Shown here: positions 9,939-19,744 of the stretch, one piece after another
Position numbering within the stretch: position 1 is the stretch's first letter
How the letters are laid out: each line of letters starts with the position of its first letter
Position numbers and translations under genes: made by a program
Notes under the pieces: generated by a model
What the model was told of the DNA's origin: nothing
Databases searched by the model: none
The model's input: the letters and a program-made list of their open reading frames with translations, nothing else
Source: Thiobacillus sp. UBA2186
GTDB lineage: Bacteria; Pseudomonadota; Gammaproteobacteria; Burkholderiales; Thiobacillaceae
Length of the DNA stretch: 45,831 bases
Assembly (NCBI GenBank): GCA_002327405.1
Contig: DCVO01000141.1
Coordinates: 1-45,831, forward strand
Direction of reading: 5' to 3'

Positions 9939-9967
9939 TTGACAGCAACATTTTATTGAATTAGTTT
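9939..9967 (+). promoter_or_regulatory. Candidate sigma70 promoter for mshI-N
   Basis: TTGACA 9939-9944, 17-bp spacer, TAGTTT 9962-9967, in an AT-rich intergenic stretch. Confidence 0.5.
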
Positions 9968-9994
9968 CAAAAAAAACTTATAAAGACTGCGGGC

Positions 9995-10939
9995 ATGGGG
10001 TTATTCAGCAGGGCAAAAAAATCCGATGGATGGATGGCGATTTCGCTTCTGGGCGACGCGGTATGCGCCGCGCACGTGCGGCGCGGCTCGTCCATTGCGC
10101 CGACAGTCACGCTGGCGACCTGCCAGTTGACCGCGGGCGATTCCCTCGATACTGCGCTGGAAAAGCTGGCCCGCGAAAGCCACGCAGACCGCCATCAGTG
10201 CACCACCCTGCTGAACCCGCGCGAATACCAGATCCTCTCGGTCGACTCGCCCAGCGTGCCGCCGGCCGAAATGAAAACCGCGATCCGCTGGCGGCTGAAA
10301 GATCTGCTCGACTACCACGTCGACGATGCGACCATCGACGTGCTCGACATCCCCCAGGAAAAAAATGCGCCGCCCCGCAGCCACGCCATGTACGCCATCG
10401 CGGCCCCTTCCGCCACCATCGAACAGCGCCAGGCCATGTTCGGACAGGCAAAGATTCCGCTCAGCGTGATCGACATCCCGGAAATGGCCCAGCGCAACAT
10501 GGCCGCCCTGGTGGAGCCTGAAGGACGCGGCATCGCCATGCTGTCCTTCGATGCCGAGGGCGGACTGCTCACTTTCAGCGCCGGCGGCGAGCTGTATCTT
10601 GCGCGCCGCATCGATGTGCCGCTTGCGGGCCAATCCGGCGACGAACGGAGAAATGCCGCCTTCGACAAGATCACGCTCGAACTGCAGCGCTCGCTCGACC
10701 ACTTCGACCGCCAGTACCACTTCATCACCCTGTCCAAGCTCGTGCTGGCGCCACTGGGCCCGGACGGCGACGGACTCAAGGAACACCTGGCGGAAAACCT
10801 GTACACCCCGGTGGAGGCACTCGACCTCGACGGCGTGCTCGACCTTTCGGCAACACCCGCGCTGAAACAGCCGGAGCTGCAGCAGCGCTACTTTCTCACC
10901 CTCGGCGCCGCCCTGCGCCTCGAGGAGAAAGTGCTATGA
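9995..10939 (+). CDS. mshI: MSHA biogenesis protein MshI (PilM-like)
   Basis: AIRWRLKDLLDY, IDIPEMAQRN, LELQRSLDHFDRQY. Confidence 0.88.
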   Translation: MGLFSRAKKSDGWMAISLLGDAVCAAHVRRGSSIAPTVTLATCQLTAGDSLDTALEKLARESHADRHQCTTLLNPREYQILSVDSPSVPPAEMKTAIRWRLKDLLDYHVDDATIDVLDIPQEKNAPPRSHAMYAIAAPSATIEQRQAMFGQAKIPLSVIDIPEMAQRNMAALVEPEGRGIAMLSFDAEGGLLTFSAGGELYLARRIDVPLAGQSGDERRNAAFDKITLELQRSLDHFDRQYHFITLSKLVLAPLGPDGDGLKEHLAENLYTPVEALDLDGVLDLSATPALKQPELQQRYFLTLGAALRLEEKVL

Positions 10940-11568
10940 GCCAGCAGATCAACCTCTACAACCCGCTGCTGCTCAAACAGCAGAAGCTGTTCTCGTTCAA
11001 CACCATGGCGCAGGCGCTCGGCCTGATCCTGCTCGGTTCGCTGCTGTTTTACGCCTACGCCTGGTACAACGCCGCCTCCCTGGAAAACCAGAGCGAAGAA
11101 GCCAGGCGTCTGTTCACCGCCACCCTGGCGCAACTCGAACAGGTCAAGGCAAGATCGGGCGCACACGCGCCCAGCAAGCTGCTGGAGGAGGAGGTCGCGC
11201 GCATGGAAGCGCAGCTGGGCGCGCGCCAAAGCGTGGTCACGCTGCTCGAACGCGGCGAACTCGGCAACAAGCAGGGGTTCTCCGAATATTTCCGGGCGCT
11301 CTCGCGGCAGACGACCGACGGCGTGTGGCTGACGGCCTTCGAGATTTCGGGCACGGGCGACATGGCGATCAGCGGCCGCACGCTCAAGCCCGAACTGGTG
11401 CCGGTTTTCATCAGCCATCTCAAGCGGGAAAGCGCGATGGCGGGCAAGAATTTCGCCACGCTTGAAATGCGCCTGCCGGCTTCCGCGCCCTCTGCCGACG
11501 GCAAGCCCGCGCACCCCCCCTACATCGAATTCAGCCTGCACAATGCAGAAGCGGGGGCGACCCGATGA
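10936..11568 (+). CDS. PilN-like MSHA protein
   Basis: MSQQINLY, single TM, coiled coil, GVWLTAF. Confidence 0.82.
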   Translation: MSQQINLYNPLLLKQQKLFSFNTMAQALGLILLGSLLFYAYAWYNAASLENQSEEARRLFTATLAQLEQVKARSGAHAPSKLLEEEVARMEAQLGARQSVVTLLERGELGNKQGFSEYFRALSRQTTDGVWLTAFEISGTGDMAISGRTLKPELVPVFISHLKRESAMAGKNFATLEMRLPASAPSADGKPAHPPYIEFSLHNAEAGATR

Positions 11569-12272
11569 CGCAGATCGGGCAAAAATGGCAAAACCTGGCC
11601 GATCGCGTCGACGCCATGAGCCTGCGCGAACGCGCGCTCATCTTCCTCGCCGCCGTGCTGGTGCTGATCACCCTCGTGAATACGCTGCTCATCGATCCTC
11701 TGCTGAAACGCCAGAGCGCGCTCTCCAGGCAGATCGTCCAGACCCAGACCCAGACCCAGGCCTTGCAGTCGCAGATCCAGGCGCTGGCGACGGCGAACAA
11801 CGCCGATCCTGACGAAGCGCTGCGCGCGCGCCTGCAGCAATTGCAGCAGGACCTCGCTTCGGCGGACACCGCCCTGCTCGATTTCCAGAACGGCCTGGTG
11901 CCGCCGCAGCAAATGCCGGCCATGCTGGAAGATATCCTGCTGCGCAATCGCGCGCTGCGCCTGGTATCGCTGAAAACCCTGCCGACGCAGAACCTCGCCG
12001 CCGCCGTCGAGGAAGCCGTCGCGCAAGCTGCCGACGGCGAAACCCCGCCCTCCCGGCCGGCCGCACCCCAGGCGGGCGTATACCGGCATGGCGTGGAAAT
12101 CACGCTGCAAGGCAGCTACGCAGACCTGTTGCGCTACCTGGCCGCGATGGAATCCTCGCCGTACCGCATGTTCTGGGGCAAGGCCGCGCTCAAGGCGGAC
12201 ACCTACCCCAAGGCGACGCTCACCCTGACCCTGTACACCTTGAGCCTGGACAAGGCATGGCTGGCGATATGA
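11565..12272 (+). CDS. mshJ: MSHA biogenesis protein MshJ (PilO/GspM-like)
   Basis: SLRERALIF, LVPPQQM, YRHGVEITLQGSY, LYTLSLDKAWL. Confidence 0.87.
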   Translation: MTQIGQKWQNLADRVDAMSLRERALIFLAAVLVLITLVNTLLIDPLLKRQSALSRQIVQTQTQTQALQSQIQALATANNADPDEALRARLQQLQQDLASADTALLDFQNGLVPPQQMPAMLEDILLRNRALRLVSLKTLPTQNLAAAVEEAVAQAADGETPPSRPAAPQAGVYRHGVEITLQGSYADLLRYLAAMESSPYRMFWGKAALKADTYPKATLTLTLYTLSLDKAWLAI

Positions 12273-12757
12273 TTACGATTATGCAAAAGGCGGCAACTGA
12301 ACCACGGGGGACACGGGGAGAGCCAAGGACTTTGGAACTCAAACTCCCAGCCCCGTCAGGTGTCGGGGCCGAACCGCGCAACACATTGCCTTCCCCGTGT
12401 TCCCCGTGGTTGAAAGTTTTGCTTTTGAATTTCTGCATTTTGTCGGTTTCGCCGGCCTTGGCAGCCGAGACGCTGCGCGACCCCACGCGCCCGCCATCGG
12501 CGCTGTACGCACCCGATGGCTGGACCGAAATCGAGACCGGCCCGATGCTGCAATCCGTGCGCGTTTCCCAAGGCCGGTATACTGCGGTCATCAGCGGCGA
12601 AACCGTCAGGGTCGGCAGCAAGTTCGGCGATGCCCGGGTGGTCAGAATCAGGGAAACCGAAGTGGTGCTGAAAACCGGAGACAGCTTGCAGACATTGAAG
12701 CTTTTCCCCGATGTGGAGAAACGCCCCGCCGCGAAAAACAAGCGCAGCAAGCGCTGA
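12269..12757 (+). CDS. mshK: MSHA biogenesis protein MshK; start at ATG 12269 (coupled to mshJ stop) or TTG 12410
   Basis: LRDPTRPP motif after a signal peptide; AVISGETVRVG. Confidence 0.82.
   Translation: MITIMQKAATEPRGTRGEPRTLELKLPAPSGVGAEPRNTLPSPCSPWLKVLLLNFCILSVSPALAAETLRDPTRPPSALYAPDGWTEIETGPMLQSVRVSQGRYTAVISGETVRVGSKFGDARVVRIRETEVVLKTGDSLQTLKLFPDVEKRPAAKNKRSKR
12300..12411. repeat. Short inverted-repeat element C inside the 5' part of the mshK reading frame
   Basis: AACCACGGGGGACACGGGGAG 12300-12320 and TTCCCCGTGTTCCCCGTGGTT 12391-12411. Confidence 0.8.
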
Positions 12758-12784
12758 CTGCGGCAGCGAAAAGGAAAACGAGTC

Positions 12785-14527
12785 ATGCGAGAACAAAGAT
12801 TCTTCTGCCAACTGCGCACAGCCAGCCCGGCCTTGATCGGGCTGGTCGCCTTGACCCTGGCCGGCTGCGCGGAACTGGACACGAAGAAGGACACCGCCGC
12901 ACGCGACCAGATCAACAGCGAGCTTGCCAAGGCCGCGGAAAGCAAGGCCAAGCCGGTGCAGCCGGCCGCGGTCGATGCCGCCCTGCTGCCGCCGCTCAAG
13001 GTCGACATGCCCAAGGCCAGGAAGGTGCTGGAGGAGCGCTTCGACCTGTCGATCAACAACGCGCCGGCCAGCCAGGTGTTCATGAGCATCGTTTCCGGCA
13101 CGCGCTACAGCATGCTGGTGCACCCCGACGTGCGCGGCGCCATCTCGGTCAACCTCAAGGACGTCACCGTATTCGAGGCGCTGGACGCGATCCGCGAACT
13201 GTATGGCTACAATTACAAGGTGGACGGCACCCGCATCTTCATCCACCCCCTGACCATGCAGTCCAGGGTATTCCAGGTCAACTACCTGAGCGCCAACCGC
13301 AAGGGCACCTCCGACGTGCGCGTGGTATCCGGATCGGTGAGCGATGCGCCCATCGGCACGCAGCCGGGCACCGGATTGGCGCCCACCACCACCCAGGGCG
13401 GACAGTCGCAGGCGATCCAGAGCACGCGCATTTCGACTTCCTCGGAAGCCAATTTCTGGAACGAACTGGCCACCGCGGTGCGCACCATCGTCGGTACCGA
13501 AGACGGCCGCAGCGTGGTGGTGAGCCCGCAATCGGGCGTCATCGTGGTGCGCGCCCTGCCCAACGAATTGCGCGCGCTGGAAAACTACCTCAAGGCGACC
13601 CAACTGTCGGTGGACCGCCAGGTGATCCTGGAAGCCAAGATCATCGAAGTGGAACTGAACAACAACTTCCAGGCAGGCATCAACTGGGCGATATTCAACC
13701 ACGGCCAGCATCGCTTCTCGGTGGGAGCGGACGCCGCCAGCTTTACCGTGCCTGGCGGCAGTACGACTACCGGGAGCACGCTCGACAGCGTGCTCGGCAC
13801 AAATCTAACGAACACCTCCGAGGGTCTGTTTGGTTCGAGCCAAGCCGGAGGAATTTTCAACATCGCCGCCCAGGCCAGCAATTTCGCCGCGCTGATCCGT
13901 TTTCTTGAAACCCAGGGCGGCGTGCAGGTGCTGTCCAGCCCGCGCATCGCCACGCTCAACAACCAGAAGGCGGTGCTGAAAGTCGGCACCGACGACTTCT
14001 TCGTCACCAACATCAGCAGCACCACGACCACGGGCACCGCCACCACCACCACGCCCAACGTGACCCTGCAGCCCTTCTTCTCCGGCATCGTGCTCGACGT
14101 GACGCCGCAGATCGACGAGAACGACAACATCACCCTGCACATCCATCCCTCGATCAGCGACGTCAAATCCAAGACCAGCGAAATCGACCTCGGTGACGTG
14201 GGTATTCTGAAATTGCCGCTCGCCTCCAGCACGGTGAGCGAAACCGACAGCATCGTGCGCGCGCGCGACGGCCAGGTGGTGGCCATCGGCGGCCTGATGA
14301 AATCGGCTTCGGCAAATGACAAGTCCCAGGTGCCGGCGGCGGGCGAAATCCCTCTCATCGGCAACCTGTTCAAGCAAACCAGCCGTTCCAGCGTGAAGAA
14401 GGAATTGGTGATCCTGCTCAAGCCGACCATCGTGAGAAACGGCGACTGGAGCCAGGACATCCTGCAAGCCCAGGAGCGCATCCAGGGCATGCAGCGCAGC
14501 GAAGGCGGCACCGCATCGATCCGATAG
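12785..14527 (+). CDS. mshL: MSHA secretin MshL
   Basis: Lipobox LAGC; RQVILEAKIIEVEL, LSSPRIATLNNQKAVLKVG, FFSGIVLDVTPQI. Confidence 0.93.
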   Translation: MREQRFFCQLRTASPALIGLVALTLAGCAELDTKKDTAARDQINSELAKAAESKAKPVQPAAVDAALLPPLKVDMPKARKVLEERFDLSINNAPASQVFMSIVSGTRYSMLVHPDVRGAISVNLKDVTVFEALDAIRELYGYNYKVDGTRIFIHPLTMQSRVFQVNYLSANRKGTSDVRVVSGSVSDAPIGTQPGTGLAPTTTQGGQSQAIQSTRISTSSEANFWNELATAVRTIVGTEDGRSVVVSPQSGVIVVRALPNELRALENYLKATQLSVDRQVILEAKIIEVELNNNFQAGINWAIFNHGQHRFSVGADAASFTVPGGSTTTGSTLDSVLGTNLTNTSEGLFGSSQAGGIFNIAAQASNFAALIRFLETQGGVQVLSSPRIATLNNQKAVLKVGTDDFFVTNISSTTTTGTATTTTPNVTLQPFFSGIVLDVTPQIDENDNITLHIHPSISDVKSKTSEIDLGDVGILKLPLASSTVSETDSIVRARDGQVVAIGGLMKSASANDKSQVPAAGEIPLIGNLFKQTSRSSVKKELVILLKPTIVRNGDWSQDILQAQERIQGMQRSEGGTASIR

Positions 14528-14549
14528 CCGTCATGGAGAAGGCGCGGCC

Positions 14550-15464
14550 ATGTATCTAGCCCATTTCGGCCTGCGCGAACTGCCGTTTTCCATCACCCCC
14601 GACACCAGCTTCTTCTTTTCCAACGCCGATCACCAGGAAGCCCTCAACACCCTGCTGATCGCCGTCAGGAACGGCGAAGGCTTCATCAAGATCACCGGCG
14701 AGGTGGGCACCGGCAAGACCCTGCTGTGCCGCAAGTTTCTGTCGAGCATCAATCGCGGCGCGCCCGAGGGCCAAGGCCGTTTCGTCACCGCCTACATCCC
14801 CAACCCTTATCTCGAGCCGCGCACCCTGCTGCTGGCGCTGGCCGAGGAAATCGGCATCGAACTGGAAAGGGACGCCGACCAGTACCATTTGCTCAAGTCG
14901 CTCACGCTCGCGCTGCTCGATTTCGCGCGCGCCGGCAGGCGCGTGGTGCTCTGCCTGGACGAGGCGCAGGCGATGCCGCTGGAAAGCCTGGAGGCGATCC
15001 GCCTGCTCTCCAACCTGGAAACGGAAAAACGCAAGCTGCTGCAGATCATCCTGTTCGGCCAGCCCGAGCTCAACCATAAACTGCAGCAGGATTCGATACG
15101 CCAGTTGAACCAGCGCATCATGTTCCACTATCACCTGGGACCGCTTGACCGCGACGACCTGGAGTTCTATCTCGCGCACCGCCTCAACGTGGCGAGATTT
15201 GCAGGCGAGCGGCTGTTCAGCAGGGCTGCGGTGAAACAGCTGCATGCTTCCAGCGGCGGCGTCCCCAGGCTGGTGAACATCCTCGCGCACAAGGCCCTGA
15301 TGCTGGCCTACGGCGAAGGCAGGCAGCGGGTAGAAGGACGGCATGTGCGCGCTGCCGCCAAGGATACGGAAGCCGCCAGAAAAAGCCCGTGGCGCTGGTG
15401 GGCGGTGGCGGCTTCCCTGTTGATCGTTGCCGGTGCCGGACTGGGGTGGATGAGTTTGCGATGA
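14550..15464 (+). CDS. mshM: MshM / ExeA-family ATPase
   Basis: MYLAHFGLRELPFSITPD, GEVGTGKT, LDEAQ, LFGQPEL. Confidence 0.9.
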   Translation: MYLAHFGLRELPFSITPDTSFFFSNADHQEALNTLLIAVRNGEGFIKITGEVGTGKTLLCRKFLSSINRGAPEGQGRFVTAYIPNPYLEPRTLLLALAEEIGIELERDADQYHLLKSLTLALLDFARAGRRVVLCLDEAQAMPLESLEAIRLLSNLETEKRKLLQIILFGQPELNHKLQQDSIRQLNQRIMFHYHLGPLDRDDLEFYLAHRLNVARFAGERLFSRAAVKQLHASSGGVPRLVNILAHKALMLAYGEGRQRVEGRHVRAAAKDTEAARKSPWRWWAVAASLLIVAGAGLGWMSLR

Positions 15465-16570
15465 GCCTGATCAATCAAATGCTGCAGGATCTGGAAAAGC
15501 GCCAGCCGGGCGGCGCCAGCCGGCCGTTGTCGACGGTGCGCGCCGTGCCCAGGCACCGCAGGGTGCGCTTCTTCTGGCCTTTGCTGCTGTTGCTGGGCCT
15601 GATGGCGGCGGCGCTCGCCTGGCAGCTCTGGCAGACGTCCGCGCCTCGCCAAACCGCGCCTTTGCCCGCCGTTGCCGCCGTCCCTGCGCCAGGCGCACCG
15701 CCTGCAGCCGCGCCCGAACCGGCGCCCGAGGCCGAAGCCACGCCGCAGATTGCCGCCGAACCGGAACCGACGCAGACGGCGGAAGCGCGCTCTCCGAAAC
15801 CCGGCCCGTCCGACAACCTGCCGCTCATCGCGCCGACCCTGAAAGAATCGACCGAATTGGCCTACCTGCCGAAAGCCGCCCCGCTGCCCAAAGCGGCAGC
15901 AGTACCCTTGCGGAAGCCTGTACCTGCCGTACAGGCCACTCCCAGGGAAGCGCCGCCCAGTACGGTTACTGTCACCAAGCAGGTCAAGGAGCTCACGCCG
16001 CCGCAGCGCGCCGAAATCGAATACCGCAAGGCGCTGGCTCTCGTGCAGCAGGGGCGAATCAGCGAGGCGATCGACAACCTGACCCAGGCCGTGCAACTGG
16101 ACGCAAGCCATGGGGCGGCGCGGCAGACCCTGATCGGCCTGCTCGTGGAGGCGCGACGTTACGGCGAGGCGGAGCGCAGGCTGCAGGAAGGCCTGAATCT
16201 GGATCGCGCCCAGCCGGAACTGGCCATGACCCTGGCGCGCTTGCAGGTCGAGCGCGGCGACACCGATGCCGCCATCGCGACCCTGGAACGCACCCAGTCT
16301 TCCGCAGTCGACCGCGCCGATTACCAGGCCTTCATGGCGGCCCTGCTGCAGCGCGAAGCCCGCCATGGCGAGGCCATCGACCATTACCGCCAGGCCCTGC
16401 GCCGGGCGCCCCAAACCGCCGTCTGGCAGATGGGCCTGGGCATTTCCCTGCAGGCGGAAAACCGCTACCAGGAAGCGCGCGATGCCTTCAACCGCGCCAG
16501 GGCCGCCAATACCCTCAGCCCCGAGTTGACGGCCTTCGTGGAGCAACGCCTCAGGCAGTTGGGGCAGTAA
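15461..16570 (+). CDS. mshN: MshN tetratricopeptide-repeat protein
   Basis: MSLINQMLQDLEKR, TM helix, Pro/Ala linker, TPR-like C-terminus (WQMGLGISLQ). Confidence 0.85.
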   Translation: MSLINQMLQDLEKRQPGGASRPLSTVRAVPRHRRVRFFWPLLLLLGLMAAALAWQLWQTSAPRQTAPLPAVAAVPAPGAPPAAAPEPAPEAEATPQIAAEPEPTQTAEARSPKPGPSDNLPLIAPTLKESTELAYLPKAAPLPKAAAVPLRKPVPAVQATPREAPPSTVTVTKQVKELTPPQRAEIEYRKALALVQQGRISEAIDNLTQAVQLDASHGAARQTLIGLLVEARRYGEAERRLQEGLNLDRAQPELAMTLARLQVERGDTDAAIATLERTQSSAVDRADYQAFMAALLQREARHGEAIDHYRQALRRAPQTAVWQMGLGISLQAENRYQEARDAFNRARAANTLSPELTAFVEQRLRQLGQ

Positions 16571-16581
16571 AAACCCCTTTT

Positions 16582-16735
16582 AACCACGGGGGACACGGGG
16601 GACACGGGGAATGCCTATCAATAGAAAGAACGCTTTACCCCACAGGACGCGGAGCTTTTAAGTCGCTTCCCTTCTGCATACCCCGCAGTCAATTCTGTTT
16701 TTGTTTTCCCCGTGCTCCCCGTGTCCCCCGTGGTT
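16582..16735. repeat. Short inverted-repeat element D
   Basis: AACCACGGGGGACACGGGGGACACGGGGAA 16582-16611 and TTCCCCGTGCTCCCCGTGTCCCCCGTGGTT 16706-16735. Confidence 0.85.
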
Positions 16736-16851
16736 ATCAAGGTTTTCGTATTTTTCGCAAATCCCGCCTAAGGGAGTAAAATAGCCGGCTCAGCAAGTTC
16801 AGCGCGTCTCGCCGGTTCCGACACCGGTCACGCCAAAGGCAGGCAAGCATC

Positions 16852-17784
16852 ATGAGCAGCGACAAAATCGACATTTCCGAATCCCCCTTCACGCCCAGCC
16901 CGGTGCTGCCGGCGAGTTTCGAAGGCGACAAGGTCATCCAGTTCCAGTGCCGCAAGGGCATCGAGTGCTGGAACGCCTGCTGTTCCAACATCGACATCAT
17001 GCTCACGCCCTACGACATCATCCGCCTGAAGAAGCGGCTGGGCATGACTTCCACCGAATTCCTGCAGAAGTACACCTATCCGTTCGAGTTCGGCCGCAAC
17101 GATGTGGCAGGCGTCAAATACAAGCCGGTCGAAGGCGGTACCGCCTGCCAGTTCATGCGCCCCGAGGGCTGCAGCGTGTACGAGGATCGCCCGACTGCCT
17201 GCCGCTACTATCCTGTCGCACTGCTCTCTCTGCGCCGCGCCGACGAGTTCACCGACCGCGCCCAGTACGCCCTGGTGCAGGAATCGCACTGCAAGGGCCA
17301 CTTCGAGCCGCGCAAGCTCACCGTCGACGAATACCGCAAGGAGCAGGGGCTGGAAGAATACGACGAGCACGGCCGCGGCTGGCGCCAACTCATCCTCAAG
17401 AAGAAATCCGCCGGCCCCACGGTGGGCAATGCCTCGCAGCGCAGCCTGCAGCTCTTCTTCATGGCCTGCTACGACGTCGACCAGTTCCGCGAATTCGTCA
17501 TGTCGCCCTCCTTCCAGGACGTCTACGACATCCCCGCCGAGGAGCAGGCCAAGTGGGCGGACGACCTCGAAATGATGAATTTCGGTTTCCAGTTGATCCG
17601 CCAGGTGCTGTTCAACGAAATGACCATCGCCATACGTCCCGACGCCATGGAGCGTCGCCTGGCCCGCAAGAAGGAGCGCGAGGCCGAGCTGGACAGGATC
17701 GTCGAAAAGCTGCCTACGGAAGAATTCGTCAAGCCCGTCCCCGAAGAAGAGAAGTACGACAAGTACAAGTTCTCGGATTCTTGA
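16852..17784 (+). CDS. YkgJ-family cysteine-cluster (CxxCxxCC-like) protein
   Basis: FQCRKGIECWNACC, CQFM...CSVYEDRPTACRYYP. Confidence 0.85.
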   Translation: MSSDKIDISESPFTPSPVLPASFEGDKVIQFQCRKGIECWNACCSNIDIMLTPYDIIRLKKRLGMTSTEFLQKYTYPFEFGRNDVAGVKYKPVEGGTACQFMRPEGCSVYEDRPTACRYYPVALLSLRRADEFTDRAQYALVQESHCKGHFEPRKLTVDEYRKEQGLEEYDEHGRGWRQLILKKKSAGPTVGNASQRSLQLFFMACYDVDQFREFVMSPSFQDVYDIPAEEQAKWADDLEMMNFGFQLIRQVLFNEMTIAIRPDAMERRLARKKEREAELDRIVEKLPTEEFVKPVPEEEKYDKYKFSDS

Positions 17785-17791
17785 TGCCGGC

Positions 17792-17823
17792 CCGCCCCAA
17801 GATATTGGGGCGGCATATATTTT
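17792..17823 (+). terminator. Candidate intrinsic terminator
   Basis: CCGCCCCAA-gata-TTGGGGCGG followed by an AT/T-rich tail, just after stop 17784. Confidence 0.45.
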
Positions 17824-17920
17824 CTCCTCCCCCAGCTGCTCACCGTTCCCGTAAACACGCGGCCTTGCCGCCGACAGACGGCTTCAAGTTCGCAGCATTT
17901 CTGGCCGATGCAGTAAACCC

Positions 17921-18376
17921 ATGCCTTTGAAGGGTTATGTCATGCATCCGCTTGCCATTTATTTCCTGATATTTCCGCTGACCGCCCAGGCCGATCTGTT
18001 CAAATGCACGGACAACGCCGGCAAGGTCACCTACACCAACTCGGCCTGCGCCAAGGTCGGCCTCAAGGAATCCAAGGTCATTCCGCCACCCCCGCCCCCC
18101 GCGCTGGACAAAGCGGCCAAGGCCGCGGGGCCGGTCAAATCTGTCGTCGGACAAGGCAACGCCGCGGCGAAGAACAAAGACACTGTCGCCATGAAGCTGG
18201 TGAAACCCGTACAGGCCGGCCAGGACAAATGCGCCAAGCTCAACGGCGACATGGGCAGGATCATGGACCAGATGGATACCGCCCAGCGCAACAACCACAC
18301 CCCCGAGGAGGAAGCGGGCTGGAACGAAGTGCTGAAAAAACTCCAGAGCGAGAAAAACCGCCTCGGCTGTTTCTGA
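17921..18376 (+). CDS. DUF4124-like secreted protein (start may be 17942)
   Basis: Signal peptide then AQADLFKCTDNAGKVTYTNSAC. Confidence 0.75.
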   Translation: MPLKGYVMHPLAIYFLIFPLTAQADLFKCTDNAGKVTYTNSACAKVGLKESKVIPPPPPPALDKAAKAAGPVKSVVGQGNAAAKNKDTVAMKLVKPVQAGQDKCAKLNGDMGRIMDQMDTAQRNNHTPEEEAGWNEVLKKLQSEKNRLGCF

Positions 18377-18386
18377 TTCCCTGAAT

Positions 18387-18537
18387 GGACATAGAGGAAG
18401 CAGAGGTAACAGAGCAAGGCAAAAATACTGCTTGAACAAAGAGGACAAGAGGAAGAGCAAAGAGCTGCTTTACTCCTGTCCTCTTGTCCTCTTGTCCTCT
18501 TTGTAAATTAAGGATTTCCTCTGCTTCCTCTGTGTCC
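18387..18537. repeat. Nested inverted-repeat element E (outer 9-bp-period arms, inner 8-bp-period arms)
   Basis: Outer GGACATAGAGGAAGCAGAGG / CCTCTGCTTCCTCTGTGTCC; inner ACAAAGAGGACAAGAGGA from 18436 / TCCTCTTGTCCTCTTTGT ending 18504. Confidence 0.75.
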
Positions 18538-18669
18538 AAGTCTTTTGATTGTCCCACCTCGGTTTACTCGCCCCTGCGCAACAACCTTGCCCCGGGCGTG
18601 GGATAAGTTTGCGGGCGCGAATGTACAATTGGCGGGCATCTTGCCAATCACAAACAACAAGCCCGCTCC

Positions 18670-19482
18670 ATGGATAGCGCCCAGTCTCCCACCGAATCGC
18701 ATTTCATCACCCAGGAACCCTATTACGAGCCCGTCGGCAACGAGGTGGCGCTGTTCGAGGCCGCCTATGCCAATCGTCTGCCGGTGCTCTTGAAAGGCCC
18801 CACCGGCTGCGGCAAGACCCGCTTCATGGAATACATGGCGTGGCGGCTGAGGCGGCCCTTGATCACGGTGTCCTGCCACGACGACCTCACCACTTCCGAT
18901 CTGGTCGGCCGCTACCTGGTCAAGGGCGGCGAGACCACCTGGGTGGACGGCCCGCTCACCCGCGCGGTGCGCGCCGGCGGCATCTGCTACCTGGATGAAA
19001 TCGTGGAAGCGCGCAAGGACACCATGGTGGTGATTCATCCGCTCGCCGACGACCGCCGCATGATGCCGATCGAAAAGCTCGGCCAGCTCCTGGAAGCGCC
19101 TGCAGAATTCTGCCTCGCCATCTCCTACAACCCCGGCTACCAGAGCGTGCTGAAGGAACTCAAGCAGTCCACGCGCCAGCGCTTCGTCGCACTCTCATTC
19201 GACTATCCCAAGCCCGAACTGGAAGCGAAAATCATCCGCCACGAAACCGGGCTCGACGAAGCCGCCACGCAGAAGCTGCTCAAGCTTGCGGAAATGACGC
19301 GCAAGCTCAAGGGCAACGGCCTCGAGGAAGGCGCTTCCACGCGCCTGCTGGTGCATGCCGGCAAACTCATCGCCCAGGGCGTCGAGCCGCGCGCCGCCTG
19401 CCGGGGCGCAGTATCGCTGGCGCTGACCGACGACGACGACATGATCGCGGCGGTGAACGAACTGATCGCCGCCTTGTTCTGA
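18670..19482 (+). CDS. CbbQ/NirQ/NorQ family AAA+ ATPase
   Basis: [54 protein letters not shown]. Confidence 0.92.
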   Translation: MDSAQSPTESHFITQEPYYEPVGNEVALFEAAYANRLPVLLKGPTGCGKTRFMEYMAWRLRRPLITVSCHDDLTTSDLVGRYLVKGGETTWVDGPLTRAVRAGGICYLDEIVEARKDTMVVIHPLADDRRMMPIEKLGQLLEAPAEFCLAISYNPGYQSVLKELKQSTRQRFVALSFDYPKPELEAKIIRHETGLDEAATQKLLKLAEMTRKLKGNGLEEGASTRLLVHAGKLIAQGVEPRAACRGAVSLALTDDDDMIAAVNELIAALF

Positions 19483-19727
19483 TGGCAATCGAACTCAAGC
19501 AAGGCCACTACTACAGCAATGGCGCCTACGGCCGCAACTGGGGGGTGCGCATGGTCATGTCTGTTCGCCCCGATCCCGAGTCAGGCGAGGACGTGGTGAG
19601 CTTCAAGGGCGTGGCCGGCTCCTCCCGCCGCCAGAGCGGCAGCATGCCGGCGGACGAGTTCCTGCGCTGGGTGCGCTACGAAGTGCGCCTGGTCGAAAAC
19701 GACTGGAAGCGCATAAACGAAGAATGA
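19482..19727 (+). CDS. Small hypothetical protein (81 aa)
   Basis: TGATG overlap with the ATPase stop; host-like codon usage. Confidence 0.7.
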   Translation: MAIELKQGHYYSNGAYGRNWGVRMVMSVRPDPESGEDVVSFKGVAGSSRRQSGSMPADEFLRWVRYEVRLVENDWKRINEE

Positions 19728-19744
19728 TCCCAAGAAAAGCAATC

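Noticed and set aside
983-16735. Periodic arms as a CRISPR-like mini-array or classical IS ends
   Set aside because: Units are 9 bp with no spacers; no DDE or HUH transposase and no target-site duplication visible
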